Below are positions 17,595 to 24,717 of a stretch of 27,441 nt of DNA, piece after piece. Numbering within the stretch: position 1 is the first letter of the stretch; each line of letters starts with the position of its first letter. Below the pieces are notes generated by a model, which saw only the letters and a program-made list of their open reading frames with translations, made no database searches and was not told where the DNA came from. This DNA is from Gemmatimonadaceae bacterium (GTDB taxonomy: Bacteria > Gemmatimonadota > Gemmatimonadetes > Gemmatimonadales > Gemmatimonadaceae), in the NCBI GenBank assembly GCA_035692325.1, contig DASSIC010000492.1:1-27441 (forward strand), in the 5' to 3' direction. The translations under genes were made by a program, and so were the position numbers.

Positions 17595-18242
17595 TCAATC
17601 GTCCTCGCGTCGGCCCAGCCGATCGCTCGTGCGCGCGTCCTGGAGAAAGCCGTGGCGCGGCACCCAGCGGCCGGCGAACACCTGGCGTAGCGTTCGCCAG
17701 ATGAGCCGCACCGCCATCACCAGCGCGCACAGCACGGCGAAGGCGAAGGCGAGCGTCAGATAAGGGTGCTGCCAGACCGTCAGGACGATCGTCGTCACGA
17801 AGCCCAGCTCGGCGGTGCTGATGACGCCGTTGCTGATGGGCTCGGGCGACATGTCGACCGCGTAGCGGAGCCCGAGCTTGGTCGTGTGCGTCGTCACGGC
17901 CAGTGTTCCGCCGACGAGCGCCGCCACGAGGACGAACGCCGGGTCACCGTGCCACGCCGTGGCGGCCGCCAGTGCTGCCGCGGCTGGAGGGCGCACGAGG
18001 GAATGCAGCGTGTCCCAGGCGGAAGCCACCGCCGGCACCAGGGAGGCCACGAACTCCACCACCATGAGCGTGAGGGCGATGATGATCACCCACCATGAAC
18101 TCAAGCCGGCCAGGCTGCCGGGCAACGGACCGATCCAGCCGAGCCGCGCCGCCAGCCCGACGACCCCGACCGTCGCGTAGAGGTTGAGTCCCGCCGCATA
18201 GGCGATTCCCGCGGCTTGCGCCAGCGTCTGCAACGCGTTCAA
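17595..18242 (-). CDS. DUF4126-family membrane protein
   Basis: AAGLNLYA, VEFV...VP.V.SAWDTLHSLVRPPAAA and RYAVDMSPEPISN patterns; TTG start with a GAGGTG SD upstream. Confidence 0.75.
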   Translation of the reverse strand: MNALQTLAQAAGIAYAAGLNLYATVGVVGLAARLGWIGPLPGSLAGLSSWWVIIIALTLMVVEFVASLVPAVASAWDTLHSLVRPPAAAALAAATAWHGDPAFVLVAALVGGTLAVTTHTTKLGLRYAVDMSPEPISNGVISTAELGFVTTIVLTVWQHPYLTLAFAFAVLCALVMAVRLIWRTLRQVFAGRWVPRHGFLQDARTSDRLGRREDD

Positions 18243-18283
18243 GCCTTCACCTCACGAACCGGGATGCCACAGAAGCGCGCACT

Positions 18284-18323
18284 CACGATCACGTCGGACT
18301 CAGCGCGACCCGACATGATCGTG
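18284..18323 (-). terminator. Hairpin between dnaN and the DUF4126 gene (terminator or processing site)
   Basis: 14-bp stem CACGATCATGTCGG/CCGACGTGATCGTG (one G-U on the minus strand) with a 12-nt loop, 9 nt after the dnaN stop; no U-tract. Confidence 0.4.
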
Positions 18324-18332
18324 TGCATCGGG

Positions 18333-19445
18333 TCAATCCACCAGGCGGAGCGGCATCACCAGGCAGAGGTAGCTCGCGGGATCGTTCCATCCTTCCGGCT
18401 CGACGGTGGCCGCGCGCTCCGGCGCCTTGAAGGTGAGCTTCACCTCCTCCGTCGGAATGTATCGCAGGATCTCGAGGAGATAGCTCGCATTGAAGCCGAT
18501 ATCGAGCTGATCGCCGGTATATCGCACCGCCAGCTCGTCGGTCGCCTCGCCAAGATCCGGTGTCTGCACGCTGAAGCGTAGCATCCCCGAGTTGAAGGAC
18601 AGTCGAATCCGATGCGTCTGATCGGACGCGATCACCGACATACGCTTGAGCGCGCTCGTGAGCGCCACCTTGTCGGCGATGGCGATGCGGTCGTTGTCCT
18701 TCGGAATGACCTGATCGTAGTTCGGATACGGTCCCTCGATCAACCGCGTGTAGACCGCGGTGAACGGGGAGCGGAAGCCGAGATGATTGTCGCCGCGGGC
18801 AATCTCCAACTCTTCGTCGGCCGGAAAGAGCCGGCGAATCTGCTCGAGCGCCTTCGGCGGAACGATGAGGTCCGTCGCCGGCGCACCACTCGACTTGATC
18901 GGCACTTCCATCTTCGCCAGGCGATGCCCGTTCGTGGCGACCATCCGCATCGAGTCGGGCTTGAGCTCCCACAACACCCCATTGAGAATGGGCCGACTCT
19001 CCTCGGTGCTCACGGCGAACGACGTATGACCGATGAGCTTCTGCAGATCGCCCGACCGGATGCGCCAACTTTCGTTGAAGCGCACCGTGGGGAAGCTCGG
19101 AAACTCGTCCTTGGGCAACCCGAGGATCTTGAAGTGCGAACGCCCGCAGTCGAGCGTCACCCGCTGTTCGCCAGCGGCCGCCATCTTCACCGGCGACGGC
19201 GGGAGCTCCCGGGCGATCTCCGTCAGCTTCTTCGCTGGGATCGTGATGGCTCCGGTGGTCTCGACGTCGGCGGAGACCTCGGTGCTCACGGCGATATCCA
19301 GGTCAGTCCCCGACAGCCGGATGCCCTTGTCGGTGGTCTCGACCAGGATGTTCGCCAGCACCGGCAGCGTGGTCTTCGTGGGAATGCTGGCCGCAACGGC
19401 GGCGAGTCCCTCCTGAAGCTTCTCCCGGGAAATCGTGAACCGCAT
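18333..19445 (-). CDS. dnaN: DNA polymerase III beta sliding clamp
   Basis: MRFTISRE..., GTDLD, VATNGHRLA, LIEGPYPNY, FNASYLLE, VMPLR; AGGAG SD before ATG 19445. Confidence 0.97.
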   Translation of the reverse strand: MRFTISREKLQEGLAAVAASIPTKTTLPVLANILVETTDKGIRLSGTDLDIAVSTEVSADVETTGAITIPAKKLTEIARELPPSPVKMAAAGEQRVTLDCGRSHFKILGLPKDEFPSFPTVRFNESWRIRSGDLQKLIGHTSFAVSTEESRPILNGVLWELKPDSMRMVATNGHRLAKMEVPIKSSGAPATDLIVPPKALEQIRRLFPADEELEIARGDNHLGFRSPFTAVYTRLIEGPYPNYDQVIPKDNDRIAIADKVALTSALKRMSVIASDQTHRIRLSFNSGMLRFSVQTPDLGEATDELAVRYTGDQLDIGFNASYLLEILRYIPTEEVKLTFKAPERAATVEPEGWNDPASYLCLVMPLRLVD

Positions 19446-19516
19446 CACCGCTCCTGTGTGCCGAGGATTGTGCAAACCCGGGTGGCTTCTGTTCTTACTC
19501 TATTCAAGAGAAGAAT

Positions 19517-19531
19517 TAGTAGCAGAAGTAG
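19517..19531 (+). promoter_or_regulatory. DnaA-trio array (unwinding element)
   Basis: TAG TAG CAG AAG TAG (3'-GAT-5' type trios), followed by GGC and a DnaA box at 19544-19552. Confidence 0.7.
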
Positions 19532-19722
19532 GGCATGTTGAGATGTGGATGAATACTCGCAAGCCTCGTAGCCGACGGGACTTGCACGGAATTTCCACGT
19601 GTTGACTGCATGTGGATGCAGAATGTTCTCCACGTTGATACTCCTCATCCGGGCCCCAAATTGACGATATCCAGGGGGCGCTGGGGGTAGCTGGGGATAA
19701 ACTAGCAGCGACCGGCCGCTGC

Positions 19723-19731
19723 TGTGGATAA
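19723..19731 (-). promoter_or_regulatory. DnaA box (perfect)
   Basis: TTATCCACA on the minus strand. Confidence 0.85.
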
Positions 19732-19747
19732 AGCTGGCGGGATTCGT

Positions 19748-21139
19748 CTACCCGGCAAGACCCTCGAGAAGACTGCGAAGCTTTCCGACGCGTTGCGCGA
19801 AGGACGGCTCCTCCTTGATGGTTCCGGCCACACGTTCCAGGCTGTGAATCACGGTGGAGTGGTCGCGGCCCCCGAAGGTGGCTCCGATTTCGACGAGCTG
19901 TAATCCCAGGAGCTCCCGCATGAGGTACATCGCGACCTGACGCGGGGTCGTGAGCGCCTTGGTCCGCGTCTTGGAACGCAGCCCCTCCGGGGTGACTCCC
20001 CACTCCTTGGCGACGGCGTGCTGGATCGTCTCGACGTTCAGGCTGGCGCCGCTCCCGCCGCCGGACTCACCTGGACGGAGCTTGTCCCGCAACGCTTCCC
20101 GTGCGACGTCGACGGTAATCTCCCGATGCTTGAGCGAGGCATACGCGAGCAGCTTGATGATCGAGCCCTCCAGCTCGCGAACGCTGGACCGCACGTGCTC
20201 CGCGATGAAGCGGATGACGTCCTCGGGAATCGTCATCTCGAGGTGATCGATCAGCGCCTTGTTGCGCAGGATGGCGATGCGATGCTCGAGGTCGGGCAGC
20301 TCGATGTCAGCGACCATCCCCCACTGGAAGCGACTCACCAGCCGCGCCTCGAGGCCGGGGATCTCGGACGGGGGGCGATCACTCGTGAGAATGATCTGTC
20401 TTCCGGCTTCGTAGAGGGCGTTGAAGGTGTGGAAGAACTCTTCCTGCGTCGCTTCCTTGCCCTTGAGGAACTGCACGTCGTCGACGAGCAGCATGTCGGT
20501 CTCACGGTATCGGCGCCGAAAATCCTGGGTCGTGCGCGTCTGGATCGAGCCGATCATCTCGTTGGTGAACTGCTCGGTCCCGATGAATGTGATCCGGATC
20601 TCCGGGTTGCGGCGCAGCACGTCGTGGGCGACCGCCTGCATCAAATGGGTCTTGCCGAGCCCGGTGTCGCCGTACAGGAACAGCGGGTTGTAGACCTTTC
20701 CCGGCGCCTGGGAAACGGCCGCCGCCGCCGCCGCCGCGAGCTCGTTCGACTTGCCGATCACGAAATGTTCGAACGTGTAGCGCTCGCTGAGCTGTGCGTT
20801 GATGCCGCCCTGTTTCTGTCGCTGTTCTGGCGCAACGGCAGCGGCAGGTGGGGCCACGAACAGGTCCATCTGGTTGCGGGTCTTGCGTTCCTCGTGGACG
20901 CGAAAAACGACCAGGAGCGGATGGCCAAGCGCGATCGGCGCAAGGCTGGTCAGCAGCTCAGCGTGCTTCGACTCGTTCCAGTCGGCGGCGAACTGGTCGG
21001 GCGACCCGATGACGATGGTATCGCCCTCGAGGGCCAATGGTTCGGTCGGTTCCAACCAGGTCCGAAACGTTTGTTCCGGCAGCTCATGGCGGGCGCGATC
21101 GAGAAGGCGCGTCCAGACTTCGGTCGCCGAGAGCGTCAT
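19748..21139 (-). CDS. dnaA: Chromosomal replication initiator DnaA
   Basis: YTFEHFVIGKSNELA, Walker A GDTGLGKT, Walker B LLVDD, QEEFFHTFN, RELEG, FGGRDHSTV. Start ATG 21139; the track start at 21250 covers promoter DNA. Confidence 0.98.
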   Translation of the reverse strand: MTLSATEVWTRLLDRARHELPEQTFRTWLEPTEPLALEGDTIVIGSPDQFAADWNESKHAELLTSLAPIALGHPLLVVFRVHEERKTRNQMDLFVAPPAAAVAPEQRQKQGGINAQLSERYTFEHFVIGKSNELAAAAAAAVSQAPGKVYNPLFLYGDTGLGKTHLMQAVAHDVLRRNPEIRITFIGTEQFTNEMIGSIQTRTTQDFRRRYRETDMLLVDDVQFLKGKEATQEEFFHTFNALYEAGRQIILTSDRPPSEIPGLEARLVSRFQWGMVADIELPDLEHRIAILRNKALIDHLEMTIPEDVIRFIAEHVRSSVRELEGSIIKLLAYASLKHREITVDVAREALRDKLRPGESGGGSGASLNVETIQHAVAKEWGVTPEGLRSKTRTKALTTPRQVAMYLMRELLGLQLVEIGATFGGRDHSTVIHSLERVAGTIKEEPSFAQRVGKLRSLLEGLAG

Positions 21140-21148
21140 GGAATGGAT

Positions 21149-21157
21149 TGTGGATAA
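21149..21157 (-). promoter_or_regulatory. DnaA box (perfect) in the dnaA 5' UTR
   Basis: TTATCCACA ending 9 nt before the dnaA ATG. Confidence 0.85.
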
Positions 21158-21176
21158 CCTGGAAGGCGGGGGAGCG

Positions 21177-21205
21177 AAGCTATTTCCGCCCTGTGGAAAA
21201 AGCAA
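21177..21205 (-). promoter_or_regulatory. dnaA promoter with an overlapping DnaA box
   Basis: TTGCTT (21205-21200), 17 nt, TAGCTT (21182-21177); DnaA box TTTTCCACA (21200-21192) overlaps the -35 and spacer. Confidence 0.6.
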
Positions 21206-21255
21206 ACCTGCCGACCCTCGGCCAGTCCCCGCATTCGTCGAGCGCTTCACTTGTC

Positions 21256-21284
21256 TTGACCTATCTCTCTGTGCTGGCTAACTT
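21256..21284 (+). promoter_or_regulatory. Sigma70-type promoter of the rpmH operon
   Basis: TTGACC (21256-21261), 17 nt, TAACTT (21279-21284); GGAG SD at 21322-21325. Confidence 0.65.
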
Positions 21285-21330
21285 TATCAGTCTGTGCCTC
21301 AGTTTCGTGTAGACCGTACCTGGAGTAGCC

Positions 21331-21495
21331 ATGGGGAAGCCGACCTATCGCCCGCGCAATACGCGCCGGCTCAAGACGCACGGGTTTCGTGCGCGAATGG
21401 AAACGAAGTGGGGCCGCGCCACGCTCGCCCGTCGCCGGAAGAAGGGACGGAAGCAGCTGACCGTCCGCATCCCAGACAAGTACGCCGGAGCGTAA
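21331..21495 (+). CDS. rpmH: 50S ribosomal protein L34 (54 aa)
   Basis: Not in the ORF track (too short). [54 protein letters not shown]. Confidence 0.96.
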   Translation: MGKPTYRPRNTRRLKTHGFRARMETKWGRATLARRRKKGRKQLTVRIPDKYAGA

Positions 21496-21496
21496 G

Positions 21497-21895
21497 ACGC
21501 CGCAGGCGTCACTCGGCTTTCCGCGAGATGCACGAATTACGCGGGGCGCGGAGATTCAGCGCATCGCGCGAGAGGGGAAGCGCATCCGAACCACGCATGT
21601 CGAGGTCCGGGTCATCGCTTCCCCTCTCGCGCGTCCGGCCGGATCGAAAACACGCGTCGGCTTGGTCGTGCCCCGGTTCAAGCAGTCCGCGGTTGCACGC
21701 AACCGCCTCAAGCGCCGGCTGCGAGAGCTGAGCCGAATGCGTCTCCTGCCGACCGATCTCCCGGCTGATCTGATCCTTCGCATTCGGCCCGAGGCCTACG
21801 ACGCGAGTTTCGACGAGCTCGCCCATGATGTCGATCGAGCGGTCGAACAGCTCGCACGCTGGTCGTTGACTTACGGCGGAGCTCCGACGGCATGA
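21497..21895 (+). CDS. rnpA: Ribonuclease P protein component (start codon non-canonical or uncertain)
   Basis: GFPRDARI...[25 protein letters not shown] (RNR motif); position between rpmH and yidD. No ATG/GTG/TTG in frame before TTG 21662. Confidence 0.9.
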   Translation, partial: TPQASLGFPRDARITRGAEIQRIAREGKRIRTTHVEVRVIASPLARPAGSKTRVGLVVPRFKQSAVARNRLKRRLRELSRMRLLPTDLPADLILRIRPEAYDASFDELAHDVDRAVEQLARWSLTYGGAPTA

Positions 21896-22104
21896 TGCGC
21901 CGTCTGTTCATTCTCCTCGTGCGCGGATATCAGGTGTCACTCGGACCCCTGCTTCCCGCCGCGTGCCGTTATTATCCGAGTTGTTCTGTCTATGCGATCG
22001 AGGCGCTCGAGCGTCACGGCGCATGGCGTGGCAGTTGGCTAGCGCTCCGCCGCATCGGGCGGTGTCACCCATTCCGACCCGGCGGCTACGATCCGGTGCC
22101 CTGA
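21892..22104 (+). CDS. yidD: Membrane protein insertion efficiency factor
   Basis: [14 protein letters not shown]...[17 protein letters not shown]. Confidence 0.95.
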   Translation: MMRRLFILLVRGYQVSLGPLLPAACRYYPSCSVYAIEALERHGAWRGSWLALRRIGRCHPFRPGGYDPVP

Positions 22105-22137
22105 GCGAGCTGCGTGCTCCCCGGGGCTCACTCACTT

Positions 22138-23850
22138 ATGGATAAGCGTTTCTTTCTTGCCCTGGTGCTGACGGCGATCGTCATCGTCGCGACACCGCTG
22201 CTGTTTTCCGGCGCCAATCGCCGGCCGGCCACGTCGACCGTAGTCGATTCGGCACGCCGCGGACCCGCGACGGACACGTCGCGGGTCACGCCGTCGGTGC
22301 AGCCACCGGTTGCGCCCCCGGTTACCACGGCGGCTGCTCCTTCTAATAGTAGCGCTTCGGCACCAATCGCCGCCGTCGAGACGACGACGGTGCGCACCGG
22401 GCACGCCACCTACGTGCTGAGCTCGCGAGGCGCCGCTCCGGTCTCCGTCGTGCTGGACAGCTATCCGTCGCGGCGTCCCGGGACGACGGGGCGAGCGGTC
22501 GACCTGGTGGGCCCTCGTGCGCCCCTCATGCACTATCGCCTCGCGCTCGGTCGCGACACCGTCGCGCTGGACACCGTCCCGTTGCGCGTCGAGAAGCACG
22601 AGCTCGCGGGCGCGCCGGTCGTCAGCTACGCCGGCAGCGTCGCAGGTCATGCCATTCAACTGGCGTACACCTTCGTGCCCGACAGCTTTCTGGTGCGGGT
22701 GAGCGGCACCGTGGCGGGCGCTCCCGCAGGCAGTGCGCTGGTGGTCGACCTGCCACGAACGCTCGCCTCCAACGAGCCGGATACCCTGGACGATATGGGC
22801 CACCTCGCCGTCAGCTACCGGCGGCGCGGCGAAGTGAAGAGTGTCGGTTTCGGCAAGCTGGACTCGACACAGGTTCGAATCGAGACGGGCCCGCTCGACT
22901 GGGCGGCGGCGCGCAACAAGTACTTTCTCGTCGCCTATCGGGCCGCGCCGAAACAACCCTTCGCTGCGCTGCAGATGCGCGGCGCGCCGCGCACCCAGAA
23001 GGTCGCCGCCGAGGCCCTCGCCAGCGTGAGTCAGCCGCTGAGCGCGGATGGACGCGCGGCGTTCGACGTATATACCGGGCCGCAGGATTTCGAGCGCCTG
23101 CAGCGGCTGGGCGCCGACCTCGATCAGGTGAACCCGTACGGTGGCTGGCTCCAGGGCGTCGTGCAACCGTTCGCCACCATCGTCATGAAGGCGCTGCTGT
23201 GGATGAAGCGCACGACCCAGCTCAACTACGGCTGGGTGCTCGTGCTCTTCGGCGTGCTGATTCGCCTGGCGCTCTGGCCGCTCAATCAGGGAGCGATGCG
23301 GTCGAGCATGAAGATGCAGCGGCTGCAGCCCGAGATTCAGGCGATCCAGAAGAAGTACGCCGACGATCCGAAGCGGCAGCAGGAAGCGATGATGAAGGTC
23401 TACAAGGATCACGACATGAGCCCGCTCAGCCCATTGCTTGGCTGTCTGCCGATGCTCCTGCCGATGCCGATCCTGTTCGCGCTCTATTTCGTGTTCCAGA
23501 ACACGATCGAGTTCCGCGGCGTTCCGTTCCTCTGGTTGCCGGACATCTCGCTCAAGGATCCGTTCTACATCACGCCGCTCCTGATGGGCGTTTCGATGTT
23601 CGTGATGTCGAAGATCGGCATGAAGGGCGCTCCGAAGAATCCGCAGGCGGAGATGATGGCGTACATGATGCCCGTCATGCTCACGGTGCTCTTCCTGAAC
23701 TTCGCGTCGGGCCTCAACCTCTACTACGCCGTGCAGAACATTGCAGCGCTGCCGCAGCAGTGGCTGCTCGCTCGGGAGCGACTCAAGGCGGGGCCGGCGC
23801 CGGTCGTGGTGTCGAGCGGACCCGTGCCGGCGGTAAAGCGCCGGTCCTAG
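22138..23850 (+). CDS. yidC: Membrane protein insertase YidC
   Basis: MDKRFFLA TM1, large periplasmic domain, NYGWVLVLFGVLIRLALWPL, GCLPMLLPMPILFALY, DPFYITP, GLNLYYAVQN. Confidence 0.96.
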   Translation: MDKRFFLALVLTAIVIVATPLLFSGANRRPATSTVVDSARRGPATDTSRVTPSVQPPVAPPVTTAAAPSNSSASAPIAAVETTTVRTGHATYVLSSRGAAPVSVVLDSYPSRRPGTTGRAVDLVGPRAPLMHYRLALGRDTVALDTVPLRVEKHELAGAPVVSYAGSVAGHAIQLAYTFVPDSFLVRVSGTVAGAPAGSALVVDLPRTLASNEPDTLDDMGHLAVSYRRRGEVKSVGFGKLDSTQVRIETGPLDWAAARNKYFLVAYRAAPKQPFAALQMRGAPRTQKVAAEALASVSQPLSADGRAAFDVYTGPQDFERLQRLGADLDQVNPYGGWLQGVVQPFATIVMKALLWMKRTTQLNYGWVLVLFGVLIRLALWPLNQGAMRSSMKMQRLQPEIQAIQKKYADDPKRQQEAMMKVYKDHDMSPLSPLLGCLPMLLPMPILFALYFVFQNTIEFRGVPFLWLPDISLKDPFYITPLLMGVSMFVMSKIGMKGAPKNPQAEMMAYMMPVMLTVLFLNFASGLNLYYAVQNIAALPQQWLLARERLKAGPAPVVVSSGPVPAVKRRS

Positions 23851-23925
23851 CGGGCCAGGGCCGGATCGAGCGCCGCGGGGCGCGCCGTCACCACGATGGC
23901 GCGCCCCGTGCGCAAGGGAGGGATC

Positions 23926-24717
23926 GTGCAGATCACTTACATCGGGCACGCAACGCTGCTGCTGGAACTGGCCGGCTCGCGCGTGCTCACCGATCCGAAC
24001 TTCGAGCCCAAGCTGGGCCGCCTGCTCGCTCGCGTCACGGCGCCCGGGCTGGCACTCGAGGAGCTGCCGCCACTCGACGCTCTGCTGCTGACGCATGCCC
24101 ACGCGGACCATCTTTCCTTCAAGTCGCTGGATCGGCTGCCGCGCGACATCCCCCTGTATGCGCCGCCGGCCGTCGCCAGGTGGCTCGTCCGGAAAGGGTA
24201 TCGACACGCGACACCTGTCGACGATGGGGAGTGTGTGCAGGTGGGAGCGTCGCTGCGCGTGCACACGGGGCGCGCCACTCACAAGGGAAATCGCTACGGA
24301 TTCGATCGCTGGCGCAGCGCGACGAACATGTATTTGCTCGAAACCGACGAGGAGAGTGCATTCTTCGCCGGCGACACGGCCCTCACGCCAACGACGCATC
24401 ATCTGGTCGAGCGGGTGCTCTGGGAAAGGGAGCGCCAGCTCGACATCGCACTCCTGCCGATCGGCTATGCTCCGCCCTGGAAGCCGGGATTCCGTCGCGG
24501 GCATCTGACGGGTGATGATGCCCTCACGTTGTTCGAGACCCTGCGCGCCCGTGCCATGCTGCCGTACCACTGGGGCACCTTCCGTCATGTCACGGCGAGT
24601 GCGCACGATGCGATCAACCGGTTGCGGGCCACGCTCGTCAAGCACGACGCGCGCGAACGAGTCCACGTGATCGAACCCGGCGAGTCGCTCACGCTGGGGC
24701 GCGCCGCTCGTCGGTGA
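23926..24717 (+). CDS. Metallo-beta-lactamase-fold hydrolase (Lactamase_B_2/3, RomA/NAPE-PLD/UlaG-like)
   Basis: ITYIGHATLLLE, LTDP, THAHADH (24094-24111), FAGDT, LPIG, PYHWGTF; GTG start with AGGGAGG SD. Confidence 0.85.
   Translation: MQITYIGHATLLLELAGSRVLTDPNFEPKLGRLLARVTAPGLALEELPPLDALLLTHAHADHLSFKSLDRLPRDIPLYAPPAVARWLVRKGYRHATPVDDGECVQVGASLRVHTGRATHKGNRYGFDRWRSATNMYLLETDEESAFFAGDTALTPTTHHLVERVLWERERQLDIALLPIGYAPPWKPGFRRGHLTGDDALTLFETLRARAMLPYHWGTFRHVTASAHDAINRLRATLVKHDARERVHVIEPGESLTLGRAARR

Larger units (their letters stand above)
19446..19747. other. Chromosomal replication origin (oriC) in the dnaA-dnaN intergenic region
   Basis: DnaA boxes: perfect 19723-19731; one mismatch 19692-19700, 19544-19552, 19469-19477; two mismatches 19591-19599, 19611-19619, 19626-19634. 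AT-rich 19491-19530 (13/40 GC). DnaA-trio run 19517-19531. Confidence 0.85.

Noticed and set aside
19591-19606. TTCCACGTG resembling a parS half-site
   Set aside because: Only 9/16 match to TGTTNCACGTGAAACA and the right arm is absent; better explained as a degenerate DnaA box.
19704-19723. 7-bp hairpin AGCAGCG/CGCTGCT after dnaA
   Set aside because: Short with no U-tract, so not supportable as a terminator; it lies between two DnaA boxes and may be incidental.
21294-21460. Thermus-type rnpA start upstream of and overlapping rpmH
   Set aside because: An in-frame TGA at 21458-21460 closes the rnpA frame.
22132-24666. 844-aa minus-strand ORF
   Set aside because: Antisense shadow of yidC and the MBL gene; no protein-like features.
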